DNA of 64,000 bases from Scyliorhinus canicula (Eukaryota). A program made the position numbers and the translations under genes. Where the stretch lies: contig NC_052154.1 of NCBI RefSeq assembly GCF_902713615.1, positions 92,449,030-92,513,029 of the forward strand, read 5' to 3'. Under the pieces are notes generated by a model. That model made no database searches, was not told the origin of the DNA, and saw only the letters and a program-made list of their open reading frames with translations. Position 1 is the stretch's first letter; every line of letters starts with the position of its first letter. Shown here piece after piece: positions 12,323 to 24,772 of the stretch.

Positions 12323-13434
12323 ATGGTGGTTAGCATAAATGCTTCACAGCTCCAGAGTCCCAGGTTCGATTCCCGGCTGGGTCACTGCCTGTGTGGAGTC
12401 TGAATGTCCTCCCCGTGTGTGCGTGGGTTTCCTCCGGGTGCTCCGGTTTCCTCCCACAGTCCAAAGATGTGCAGGTTAGGTGGATTGGCCATGATAAATT
12501 GCCCTTAGTGTCCTAAAAAATAAGGTTAATGGAGGGGGTTGTTGGGTTAATGGTATGGGGTAGATACATGGGTTTGAGTAGGGTGATCATTGCTCGGCAC
12601 AACATCGAGGGCTGAAGGGCCTGTTCTGTGCTGTACTGTTCTATGTTCTATGTTCTATTAAGTCACCTCTTAACCTTCTTCTCTCTAACGAAAACAACCT
12701 CAAGTCCATCAGACTTTCCTCATAAGATTTTCCCTCCATACCAGGCAACATCCTTGTAAATCTCCTGTGCACCCGTTCCAAAGCTTCCACGTCCTTCCTA
12801 TAATGAGGTGACCAGAACTGTACGCAATACTCCAAATGCGGCCGTACCAGAGATTTGTATAGCTGCAACATGACCTCATGGCTCCGGAACTCAATCCCTC
12901 TACCAATAAAGGCCAACACACCATAGGCCTTCTTGACAACCCTATCAACCTGGGTGGCAACTTTCAGGGATCTTTGTAAATGGACACCGAGATCCCTCTG
13001 CACATCCACACTACGAACAATTTTACCATTAGCCAAATAGTCTGCATTCCTGTTATTCTTTCCAAAGTGAATCACCTCACACTTCTCTACATTAAACTCC
13101 ATTTGCCACCTCTCAGCCCAGCTCTGCAGCTTATCTATGTCCCTCTGTAACCTGCAACATCCTTCCACACTGTCTACAACTCCAGCGACTTTAGTGTCGT
13201 CTGCAAATTTACTCACCCAACCTTCTGTGCCCTCCTCTAGGTCATTTATAAAAATGACAAACAGCAACGGCCCCAGAACAGATCCTTGTGGTACGCCACT
13301 CGTAACTGAACTCCATTCTGAACATTTGCCATCAACCACCACCCTCTGTCTTCTTTCAACTAGCCAATTTCTGATCCACACCTCTAAATCACCCTCAATC
13401 CCCAGCCTCCGTATTTTCTGCAATAGCCGACCAT

Positions 13435-15200
13435 TGAGGCAAATTCTCGAGCACAAGTCATCAGTACTATTGCCAGGATATTTTCAGAGCCCATAGGCTT
13501 TGCAGTATCCAGTGAAGTGAATCATATTGGCTGAAGACTGACGTCTGTGTTTCTGGGAATCTCTGTAGGAGACGAAGATGAATCATCCACTCGACACCTC
13601 TGTCTGAAGATTGTTACGAGTGCCTCAGCTTTGTCTTTTGCACATACGTGCCTCCATCATTGAGGATGGGGATATTTGTGGAGCCTCCTCCTCCAGTGAG
13701 TTGTTTAATTGTCCACCACCATTCATGGCTGGATGTGGCAGGACTACTTCGATCTGATTAGTTTGTTGTGGAATTGATTAGCCGTGTCTATTAGTTGCTG
13801 TTTATGTATTTGACACACACATCGTCATGGAACATGGACATGGAATACATGGAACAGTACAGGCCCTTCGGCCCTCGATGTTGTGCCGAGCCATGATCAC
13901 CCTACTCAAACCCACGTATCCACCCTATACCCGTAACCCAACAACCCCCCCCTCCAAACCTTACATTTTTTAGGACACGACGGGCAATTTAGCATGGCCA
14001 ATCCACCTAACCCGCACATCTTTGGACTGTGGGAGGAAACCGGAGCACCCAGAGGAAACCCACGCACACACGGGGAGGACGTGCAGACTCCACACAGACA
14101 GTGACCCAGCCGGGAATCGAACCTGGGACCCTGGAGCTGTGAAGCATTTATGCTAACCACGATGCTACCGTTCTGCCCTGTGTTATAGCTACACCAGGTC
14201 GACACCTCAGTATCGTTTTGCCTGATGTTGCTCCTGGCATGCTATCCTGCACTCTTCATTGAACCAGGGTTGATCCCCTGGGTTGGTGGTAATGGTAGAG
14301 TGGGGAATATGCCAGGCCAAGTGCAGATTGTAGTTGAACACAATTCTGCTGCTGATGATGACTCACAGCGCTTCACTGATGCCCAGTCTTGAGTTGCTAG
14401 ATCTGTTTGTAGTCCATTCATTTATCATGCTGGTAGTGCCACACAACATGTGCAGATGGGACATTGTGTCCACAATGACTGTGCGGTGGTGACTTCTACC
14501 AATACAGTCATGGACAGGTGCATCTGCAGCAGCCAGATTGGTGAGGACGAGGCCAAGTATGTTTTTCCCTCTTGTTGGTTCCCTAACCACCTGCTGCCGT
14601 TCCAGTGTAGCAGCTATGTACGATAGACCCGGCCAGCTCGGTAATGGTAGTACTACTGAGCCACTCTTGGTGATGAACCCTGAAGTCCCCCACCCAGGGC
14701 ATATTCTGTCCTCTTGCCACCCTCAGTGCTTCCTGTAAGTGGTGTTCAACATGGAGGAGTACTGATTCATCAGCTGATGACCAGTATGTGGTAATCAGAA
14801 GGAGATTTCCTTGTCCATGTTTAACCTGAAGCCATGACACTTCACGGTGTCCAGAGTCGATGTTGAGGACTCCCAGAGTAACTCCCTCCAGAGTGTATAC
14901 CACTGCGCTGCCACGTCTGCTTGTCTGTCCTGCCGGTGAGACAGAACATACACAGGCATGGCGATAGTGGAGTCTGGGACATTGTCCGTAAAGTATAGTT
15001 CTGTGCGTATGGCTTTGTCAGGCTGTTGTTTAAGATGTCTGTGAGACAGCTCTCCCAGCTTTGGCACAAGCCCCCAGATGTTAGTGAGGAGATCTTTGCA
15101 GGGTCATCAGTGCTGGGTTTTCAGTTGTTGTTTCCGGTGCCTGGCTCAATGCTTGTGTACCATCCAGTTTCATTCCTCTTTTGTGTTTTTGTAGCCATTG
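13435..15200 (-). mobile_element. Degenerate non-LTR retrotransposon, APE-endonuclease region of a second LINE family, interrupted by a SINE
   Basis: Minus-strand translation EVSWLQVKHGQGNLLLITTY…VGDFRVHHQEW…VREPTRGKNILGLVLTN…GRSHHRTV retains the APE motifs GDFN, LDL and SDH in decayed form. Confidence 0.75.
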
Positions 15201-16823
15201 CCTATAACTGAGTCAGTTGCTAGGCCATTTTACAATAATAATTTTTATTATGATCACGAGACGTCTTACATTAACAATGCAATAAAGTTACTATGAAATC
15301 CCCTCGTCGCCACACTCCAGCACCTGTTCGGGTACACAGACTGAGAATTCAGAATGTCCAATTCACCGAACATACACATATTTCCAGACTTGTGGGAGGA
15401 AACTGGAACACCCGGAATCCCACACAGACACAGGGAGAATGTGCAGTCTCTGCACAGACAGTGACCCAAGCCAGGAATCAAACTTCGGACCCTGGGGTTG
15501 TGAAGCAACAGTGATAACTACTGTGCTACCGTGCCGCCCATTCAGAGGGCATTTTAGAGCGAACCACATTGCTGTGGGTCTGGAATCACATGAAGGCCAG
15601 ACCAGGTAAGGATGGCAGATTTCCTTCCATCAAGTACATTAGTGAACCAGATGGGTTTTTACAACAATCAACAATGGTTTCATGGTCATCATAAGAATTT
15701 TACTTCCAGATTTTTTTTTAGTTTAAATTTCATCACCTGCTGTGACGGGAGACAAAGCCGCGTCCCCAGATCATTATCTGGGCCTCTGGATTACTAGTCC
15801 AGAGACAATAACACTATGCCACCGCCTCTCCGGTGGCGGCCTAATCTTTCTGCATCCCTGAGCTGCTACAAGTAGTATTCCTCAGAGGCAGCTGCTGATC
15901 ATGGATGTCGCGTTGAATAATCCATTCCCACGTATGTGTTTGGGAACTAACAAGATTTCACAAATAGTCAAGTCCGCTAGCCATAAAAGCCCATGATGCC
16001 TCACAAACTGCATGTGTCTCATTGAAAATAGTTTTAGGATTACATAGGATTGTTAGTGTGTATTATGATATGTGCCTTAGTATATGTGCATGTGTAATCA
16101 GTGTGTGTCTCGAGATTGTGCATGGATAAGCATTCAATGCGCAATTTTGGTTGCAGGTGCCTCTGTGCTGGGCTTCAAGCCTACAAACTTCACAATGCTA
16201 ATAGATTGTCACCGTTTATTGTGAGGGGAATTGAATACAAGATTAGGGAGGAATGCTTCCGTTATGCAGAGCACTCATGAGGCCACATTTAAAGTAACGT
16301 ATGTAGTGGTGGTAAGGTGCAAATGCGTTGAAAGCACTCCAAAGAAGTTTTACGAGGTTAACACCTGGAATATGTGACTTGTCTTCTGAGGAAAGACTTG
16401 ATAGACTTGTATCCACTGGACTTCAGAAGAGTAATATGTGACTTGATTAAAACGTGGATGTTTCCTCTTGTGGGAGAATCTAGAATTAGGGTAACTGTTT
16501 TAAAATAAGGGGTGGCGCATGTAGAACAAATATAAGGAAGGACATCTTTCGAGGCGTGTGAAACTGTACAATTTGCTTCCTCAATTATATGTTCAAGCCA
16601 TGTCTTTGAATATCTTTAAGGCATAGGTAGATGGATTCTTGACAAAAGTTATCAGGGGACTGTAAGAATGTTGAGTTGAAGTTAAACTGCAGTCATGACG
16701 GAGCTCGCAGCCTTCTGCAGTTTCTAATTCCGATATTTTCATGTTTGTATTGAGCAAATATTTTGTTTTCTCCATTCAGGTTGAAGACACAAGTTGCATA
16801 TCAAAAATAGAAGGTAGAATGCT

Positions 16824-18773
16824 TAAGAACATAAGAACATAAGAACTAGGAGCAGGAGTAGGCCATCTGGCCACTCGAGCCTGCTCCTCCATTCAATGAG
16901 ATCATGGATGATCTTTTGTGGACTCAGCTCCACTTTCCGGCCTGAACACCATAACCCTTAATCCCTTTATTCTTCAAGAAACTATCTATCTTTACCTTAA
17001 AAACATTTAATGAAGGAACCTCAACTGCTTCACTAGGCAAGAAATTCCATAGATTCACAACCTTTGGGTGAAGAAGTTCCTCCTAAACTCAGTCTTAAAT
17101 CTACTTCCCTTATTTTGAGGCTATGTCCCCTAGTTCTGCTTTCACCCGCCAGTGGAAACAACCTGCCCGCATCTATCCTATCTATTCCCTTCATAATTTT
17201 AAATGTTTCTATAAGATCCCCCCTCATCCTTCTAAATTCCAATGAGTACAGTCCCAGTCTACTCAACGTCTCCTCATAATCCAACCCCTTCAGCTCTGGG
17301 ATTAACCTAGTGAATTTCCTCTGCACACCCTCCAGTGCCAGTCTGTCCTTTCTCAAGTAAGGAGACCAAAACTGAACACAATACTCCAGGTGTGGCCTCA
17401 CTAACACCTTATACAATTGCAACATTACCTCCCTAGTCTTAAACTCCATCCCTCTAGCAATGAAGGACAAAATTCCATTTGCCTTCTTAATCACCTGTTG
17501 CACCTGTAAACCAACTTTCTGTGACTCATGCAATAGCACACCCAGGTCTCTCTGCACAGCAGCATGTTTTAATATTTTATCATTTAAATAATAATCCCTT
17601 TTGCTGTTATTCCTACCAAAATGGATAACCTCACATTTGTCAACACTGTATTCCATCTGCCAGACCCTAGCCCATTCACTTAACCTATCCAAATTCCTCT
17701 GCAGACTTCCAGTATCCTCTGCACTTTTCGCTTTACCACTCATCTTGGTGTGATCTGCAAACTTGGACACATTGCCCTTGGTCCCCAACTCCAAATCATC
17801 TATGTAAATTGTGAACAATTGTGGGCCCAACACGGACCCCTGAGAGACACCACTAGCTACTGATTGCCAACCAGAGAAACACCCATTAATCCCCACTCTT
17901 TGCTTTCTATTAATTAACCAATCCTCTATCCATGCTACTACTTTACCCTTAATGCCATGCATCTTTATCTTATGCAGCAACCTTTTGTGTGGCACCTTGT
18001 CAAAGGCTTTCTGGAAATCCAGATATACCACAACCATTGGCTCCCCATTATCTACTGCACTGGTAATGTCCTCAAAAAATTCCACTAAATTAGTTAGGCA
18101 TGACCTGCCCTTTATGAACCCATGCTGCATCTGCCCAATGGGACAATTTCTATCCAGATGCCTCGCTATTTCTTCCTTGATGATCGATTCCAGCATCTTC
18201 CCTAATACCGAGGTTAAGCTCACTGGCCTATAATTTCCTGCTCTCTGCCTACCTCCTTTTTTAAACAGTGGTGTCACGTTTGCTAATTTCCAATCCACCG
18301 GGACCACCCCAGAGTCTAATGAATTTTGGTAAATCATCATTAGTGCATCTGCAATTTCGCTAGCCATCTCTTTTAGCACTCTGGGATGCATTCCATCAGT
18401 GCCAGGAGACTTGTCTACCTTTAGCCCCATTAGCTTGCCCATCACTACCTCCTTAGTGATAAAAATCCACTCAAGGTCCTCACCTGCCATAGCCTCATTT
18501 CTATCAGTCACTGGCATGTTATTTGTGTCTTCCACTGTGAAGACCGACCCAAAAAACCTGTTCAGTTCCTCAGCCATTTCCTCATCTCCCATTATTAAAA
18601 CTCCCTTCTCATCCTCTAAAGGACCAATATTTACCTTCGCCACTCTTTTTTGTTTTAGATATTTGTAAAAACTTTTACTGTCTGTTTTTATATTCTGAGC
18701 AAGTTTACTCTCATACTCTATCTTACTCTTCTTTATAGCTTTTTTAGTAGCTTTCTGTTGCCCCCTAGAGATT
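16824..18773 (-). mobile_element. 5'-truncated CR1 (RT + 3' UTR)
   Basis: RT ORF with YRPVSLT, QHGF, DFQKAFDKV and QGSVLGP, and FADH in place of FADD. Frameshift near the C-terminus; (TTCTTATG)n tail. Same subfamily as 33725-36890 and 63268-64000. Confidence 0.92.
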
Positions 18774-21700
18774 ACGTGCGAAAACCATGAGGAAGTTAAT
18801 GTTATCGATAACAGCACAGAGTCAGGACCATGGAAATTGTAAAGGATTAAAATCTGGCCAATCCTCCACATCGTAAAGTTTTAAAATACACAGCTGTAGA
18901 AATGGTGGGTGCATTGGCCTTGTGTTCTCAAATGTCTCTGGATTTTGGAATGGTACCAGTAGATTGGATGTCAGCAAATGTGCCAATGCTATTCGACAAA
19001 AGAGACAGAAAGAGAAAGAATAGGAAAGTAGAGTCCAGATTCCAGTGAACACCCTGCTTGGCTCTGACTATTGTAGTAGGCCTTGTCTCTCGAACGAGGA
19101 TTTAGTTTGAAGGTGTGGTATCGCCAATTCCAGGCGACTTAGATAGATCGCCAGAAACCAGGGAAACATCTTAATGTATTTCCTGACCTAATGTAGAATG
19201 TATAAGGAGAGTAAGCAAGAAAATCGATTGCGATTTTAAAAAAGTAAACCAATGCGGAGGCCACTGGTGAAGTACACTGAGGTCCAAGAAGTACTGGGAA
19301 CTATTAGGACGAGAGAAAAAACAAACCTGATTTATATATCGCCTGTCAACATTTCAGTCTTTTCCCTGCCCACAGCACACAAACACACACACATTCTGGT
19401 AGTAAAGTACTTAGGAAATATTATTAATGAAGTGTAGATATTACTTTGCCCAAGTCGAACAAATCATATCATCTTCCTTCAATGAGTCTGACTGGGAAGA
19501 CTGTACTTATCTAGTTCCGTTGTATTACATAATCTTGGCCAGAATATGGCCATATATTAGCATCTATTTCCTTTCTTTGGTGCCCACCCCCCCCCCCCCC
19601 CCCCCCCAACGAATCTTTACTTGACCTTCAATGCTGATGAATATGTGACCCGTCAGCAAAGCCAGTTTTAGCGTGCCAATGCACTACCCTGTATATCTTT
19701 GAGTTGTGGGGGTGAGACCCACGCAGACACGAAGAGAATGTGCAAACACCACGCTGGATCAACAACTTAACCAGTGGTTTGTGATTAATGAGAATACTAA
19801 TATCATCACTCTCAAATGCTTGCAGAGTAGACTCGAATAAATGGCAATAGGCGGATTTCTCTGCAGGAGCAGAAAGGTTAAATGATGCATCCCTTGCTGC
19901 TTGCTTGCGTTATATACGACATAATCTGACCTTTTACCAAAACTTGGATGTGGTTTCTGATTTACAGATAACTGCCACCCAACATTTATTCTATTATTGC
20001 CGTAGACCTGTACATGGGGTCGCAGTTGTCTGCACACTCTGGCATCAACCACTGAACTCATTGCAACATAATGGAAACATTTCATGTCGCGAGCAATTGT
20101 GACCACTTTTCAACACGGATTTAATAACTGATTCACACATCGGGAGCGGATTCATTCCGTCTGCCTTCAAATGAATTAGTTTAGTAGCTGCAGCCGTTCA
20201 CCACAATCGTTTTATCTACTCGGTGGCAGAGTTCCATTCCCGTGAAGGGGAAGGAATTTGGAGGAGGTATCTGTCGTTATTTCAGTTTAGGGATGTCACT
20301 AAATTTCACATGCTCTATACATTACAGTACACGATCATTTTTACTTTGTATAATCGCACAAAACAGGTGATAGAATATCGGAAACCGATTTAGAGCTCCC
20401 CAAGTTCCCGTTTCCATTGCATAAATCAGCAATGATGCCTTGCTGTGCGGTTCTATATGTCACTGACTTAATCTTAAATATTGGCGAAGGGGGCTTGATC
20501 AAGACGTTTGCAAATTATACAAAAATATATTCGTGTGATTGATAGTGCAGATGAAAAGTCTAAATTGCCGGGAGATTTCAATGAACTGGCCAGCGAGCCA
20601 GGAGAGTGGTAAATTGAATATAAATTGAATCGCAACAGAATACACAGTAAATGAAAGCTTACTGAGAAGTATGAAGAGGGACAAAATAAACTTTTAGGCA
20701 GTTGTCCATAGATATCTGAGAATAACAGAACATTTAGGTAGATTGACCATGGAGGCCGGTAAAATACTTCTCTGAATGCATTGGTACACACGGGCAGGGA
20801 AGTTATGTGTGTCCTGTATGACACATTAGTTCTCCTCAGTAAGAGTACTGCATACAGTTCTGCTCACCACATTGTAGGAAAGATCTAATCACATTGGAGA
20901 TATTGTACAGAAGATTCACGAAGATGATGCTCGGAGTGTCGTATTTTAGTCACGGGAAAACATTGAATACGGTGAGATCGTGTTGATTTGAGCATGGAAT
21001 GGCCAGGGGGTGGGAGGAAGTGAAGGAAGGTTTGTTTGATGTGCACAAAATTTTGAGGCGCCGAGATAGAATGTAGAGGAAGGATTTATTTCTCTTGGCG
21101 AAACAGACCATCCTGATTTGGAACTACATCGTCCAGCCTTCATAATCGCTGTGCCAAAACCTGGAATTCCCTTCCTGCAGACCTGTGGGTGTACCAAAAC
21201 TGGATGTAATGCAGCGGGTCAAGAATGTGGATCACCACCACTTTCTCCAGGAAAATTAAGTAGGAGCAATACATTCTGGCCTTACCATGGGTCTCACATC
21301 CCAAGAAAGAATGAAGAAAAAGTCAAGGGCATGCAATTATTAGAATTGGCAAAGGGGCTTGAGGGCTTTGGGGGAGTTGCTGAAGCCTGAAATTCACTGC
21401 CTCAAATACTGGCAGCGCAGAACCATAATTTCCTTAAAACATAAAATGTGGATATGCACTTCAGGTGCTGGAACCCTCAGAGCTACAGAACAAGAGATGC
21501 CAGTGGGAGTAGGCTGCAGAGCTCTTTTGGCCTTGCTAAAATAGAGTGGGCAGCATCATGATCAGGAAATGCTGTATATTAAATTAAAAGACGTTCAAGT
21601 CAATCGGTAATCAGCTGGCCCCTGTGTTTGGAGTGCGAGGTATGAGAAGGGAGGAGATAACAGGAAAAACTGTCTAATTCCTGTCGAGAAAATAAAGGAG

Positions 21701-22602
21701 TCCTAACAGAAAGCAGGATGTAGGAAAGTGGGAGTCAGTGGAATAATAGGTATCTATCTATCCATTATAGGTAGCTGTGGGAATCAGTGGAACTTTAGCA
21801 GATTATTATTTACAGCCTAACCCCAGTACTCATTGAGTGCTATATGAAACCTGAAGAGAAACAAAATGGATCAACATCAGAGTTGATTGGACAGGGGGAT
21901 ATCCATCGCACCGTCAGGGAATCTCACACAAAGCCGATAATCCATCCCCGATTAACCTCTACACCGGAATATCTCCGATTGCCATTTCGCAGGATTGTTC
22001 ATGCGAACTCATCCTGCAAAATTAACTCCAATGGCCGGGGAGAGGGAAGGTGGGAGGCGTGGGATGGGTTTGCAAAGTGCGTTGGGGGGGGGGGGGGCAT
22101 GGATGTCATATTTGGATTTAACTCAATTATTTTCTCAAGACGTGGACCTCCTCTTATTAACAATGAAAAATGAAAATGAAAATCGCTTATTGTCACGAGT
22201 AGGCTTCAATGAAGTTACTGTGAAAAGCCCCGAGTCGCCACATTTGGCGCCTGTCGGAGAGGCTGCTGGCCTGCTTGGTCTGCTTTAAAAGCCAGCGATT
22301 TAGCCCAGTGAGCTAAACTAGCCCCTGCGATCCCGCATTCTGTTCAAAGGTTCCCGCCTCATTCCAGCAACGTGCTGTCACACTGTCGCTTTCCTAATGC
22401 TGTCAATGAGGTCAATCCCACATTCCGGCCAATAAGAAACTACTTAAACTTCGATTGACGGGTGCTGTCCAGGTCTCATTCATAACTCGTCCCTTGAAAT
22501 AGGTTGCGACATTTGAGGGAACAGCTCACCACGTCATCTATCAAATCGGACTGTCAATAAAATATTTGCAAATTATCAGAGGCACATCAGATCATTTGCG
22601 CT

Positions 22603-22648
22603 ATGTTTGGATGTCAATACATATGGGCCCTGGGAATTATTTACGAAG
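22603..22648 (+). CDS. Gene 2 exon 1: signal-peptide (leader) exon
   Basis: ATG at 22603, translating MFGCQYIWALGIIYE, then a phase-1 donor G/GTactt at 22649. It joins the V exon to give MFGCQYIWALGIIYEVVSA. A homologous leader lies at 53682. Confidence 0.85.
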
Positions 22649-22726
22649 GTACTTTCCGCAACAAACAACAAGGTCTTTCCCCTTCAGTTTCTTCCGCTCA
22701 GTCTACCAATCTTTCATCCACCCATC

Positions 22727-22800
22727 GACCTACCTACCTACCTCCCTCCCTCCCTACCTACCTCCCTACCTACCTGTCCAGCTCTCTCTCTCTCACTCTG
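22727..22800. repeat. (CCTA/CCCT)n plus (CT)n microsatellite in the leader intron
   Basis: ctacctacctacctccctccctccctacctacc…ctctctctctc. Confidence 0.85.
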
Positions 22801-22861
22801 TCTGCCGTTACAGTATAATTTAAAGTATAAATATGGTAACTACATGTTTAATATGTTACAG

Positions 22862-23173
22862 TTGTTTCTGCCTCAGTGTCGCAAACTCCTGAAAGCACCA
22901 TTCTGATGGCAGGTTCAGACATGACGTTCCATTGTACAGCGAGCCCAGTCCTGATTCACTCACACGTGGATGTTTATTGGTGGAAACTTGGCAACCAAGC
23001 CTCATTACAACCAGATTCTGACGGCAGAAAACGGTTCTTTCCTTTTACAAATGGAGCGACTTCATTCCAGATCCTGAATGTCCGTGTCCCCGACTCCGGA
23101 TTCTATTACTGCGGAGTGCGAGACTCAGGTAACGAGATCCTGAATGGAACCGGATCGAAACTTGTTGTGCACG
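22862..23173 (+). CDS. Gene 2 exon 2: V-set Ig domain with germline-joined J-like strand
   Basis: Acceptor ttacAG at 22860-61 and donor G/GTaagc at 23174; 312 nt, phase 1-1. Motifs MTFHC, VYWW, FQILNVRVPDSGFYYC and a J-like G-x-G motif NGTGSKLVV all sit in one exon. No RSS seen. Confidence 0.93.
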
Positions 23174-23439
23174 GTAAGCGAGTTGCCGCCTCTGTTATTG
23201 TGGGTGGTTGTATGGAGTATCATGGGTTGCTTTGATTATTGAGTGAATTGATTGCTGATGTTGATTGGGGGAAGAGGATGAGAGAGCATTATTTAAAGTC
23301 AGATCTAAAACCATGTCACAATTCTTTGTTTTCTATTCATCAACATTCTGTGTTAATTAGTGCAGGGTAACACAAAGAGGACTTGCGCAATACATGGGAG
23401 CAAAAGGGACCTTAATTGTCAACGTTCTGTGATTTGTAA

Positions 23440-23822
23440 TTCAAAGAACAAAGAAAGGTATAGCACCGGAAGAAGCCCTTGGGCCCTCCAAGCCTGCTCC
23501 GACCATGTTGCCCGTCTGACATAAACTTTCCTGCATATCCGCGGTCGGTATCCCACTATTCCCATCATATTCATGTCTTTGTCAAGACGCCCCTTAAATG
23601 TCACTGTGGTACGTGCTTCCACCACCTCCCCGGCAGTGAGTTCCAGGCATCCACTACTCTCTGTGTAACAAAACTTCCCTCGCACATCTCCTCTTAACTT
23701 TGTCCCTCACATCATAAACCTATGTCCCCTAGTAATTGACTCTTCCACCAGGGGAAAAAGTTTCTGACTATCCAATCTGTCCATACCCCTCATAACATTG
23801 TAGGCTTCTTTCAGGTCCCTCT
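23440..23822 (-). mobile_element. CR1 3'-end fragment
   Basis: Reverse-complement RT C-terminus (MRGKFCYTESSGCLE…) and an (AAAGAAC)n tail. Similar fragments lie at 48465-49075 and 61630-61830. Confidence 0.8.
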
Positions 23823-24091
23823 AAACCTCTCCAAAGCCTCCAATTCCTTCTGGCAGTGTGAAGATGTCAAAATGTTCAAATATTCAATTTCAAAAGCCTC
23901 AGTTCTGATTTTCCTTCGTGCCGCCTTCAAAGATTACGATAATCGGGTTAGAGACGCGGTTCTGACTGTGGAATCCGCCCGTTCCATATCGATTGTAATT
24001 GATTAGATGGCTGGTTTATAATAAAATACTGATACTGGCTACTAGGAGGCGCTGCTCCCTCTCCTGGAGAGAGCTTCATACCTAATTGAAA

Positions 24092-24260
24092 TGATGTGGA
24101 GATGCAGGCGTTGGACTGGGGTGAACACAGTAAGTCTTACAACACCAGGTTAAAGTCCAACATGTTTGTTTCAAACACTAGCTTTCGGAGCACTGCTCCT
24201 TCCTCAGGTGAATCCTCTTCATTCATCTGGGGAAGGAGCAGCGCTCCGTAAGTTGGTACC
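24092..24260 (+). repeat. Interspersed repeat, class not assigned
   Basis: gatgtggagatgcaggcgttggactggggtgaacacagtaagtcttacaacaccagg…; a partial reverse-complement copy lies at about 55570-55620. Confidence 0.55.
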
Positions 24261-24772
24261 TAATTGAAAGAAGACAAGAGGAGCATATGGAATCTCTGTG
24301 TATTTGAATAAATTCCAGGCAGCTGGAAATTCAATCCCGAGGAGCATTTTGATCCTTGTTGGAAATTAGATTTGATAATCACCCGGGGTTACTCAACATT
24401 ACGTCGAAACCAACCTATGGAATTTATAGCTCTGTTCAGTGAACTGAGGTCAGACCAAATCTAAAGTTAATTTTGCTGCCAGCTATAATGGAAACAAAGA
24501 AACTGTGACTGTTTATTCAGCCATCACCACTTCTCAGCCCCACGGTTGATCTCTTCAAACGCCATTTGCTGCCAAATCCTTTGAATCAAATTTGCTGCAA
24601 GTTGTCCTTCTTCCTCTTTTAAGATTTTAGACACAATCTTGCGCATTCGAATTTCCGTGGGGCCACTTCTCTGGGCGGTAATAATGTAAATCTTTGCTGC
24701 AGACAAGAAACCTTAACTTAATGCGTTTGAATTAATATTATCTAGATTAATTGTCTTTATTAACCTTTACCT

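Larger units (their letters stand above)
11643..12657 (+). mobile_element. HE1-like SINE inserted in the CR1 and itself interrupted by a MITE
   Basis: Head ggggcagcacggtagcatggtggt… resumes …tagcataaatgcttcacagc at 12331 and ends in a (GTTCTAT)n tail. There is a short tcta/cta overlap at both junctions. Confidence 0.9.
11295..13432 (-). mobile_element. 5'-truncated CR1 (same subfamily as the intact 40529-44753 element), split by a nested SINE+MITE
   Basis: 11295-11642 and 12658-13432 join seamlessly (…gtatgcctcta|ttaagtcacc…) to give the reverse complement of about 43633-44753. RT motifs GVPQGSVLGP and FADD. Confidence 0.92.

Noticed and set aside
11564-12403. Five overlapping long Pro/Gly-rich ORFs
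   Set aside because: They arise from the stop-free GC minisatellite inside the MITE. There are no splice signals or protein-family motifs.
17033-18871. The 612-aa ORF as a complete gene
   Set aside because: The first ~35 residues are read-through from unrelated flanking DNA. The remainder is a truncated CR1 RT with a frameshifted end.
19905-20102. V-like LQI…YYC motif
   Set aside because: The spacing is wrong, there is no Asp at the DxxxY position, and no upstream Cys/Trp framework.
22429-22536. Promoter elements (CCAAT, CCACGTCA) upstream of gene 2
   Set aside because: Short motifs like these occur by chance, and there is no TSS evidence.
23100-23260. Rearranging Ig/TCR V segment
   Set aside because: The J-like strand and splice donor are within the exon, and I found no heptamer-spacer-nonamer after the V.
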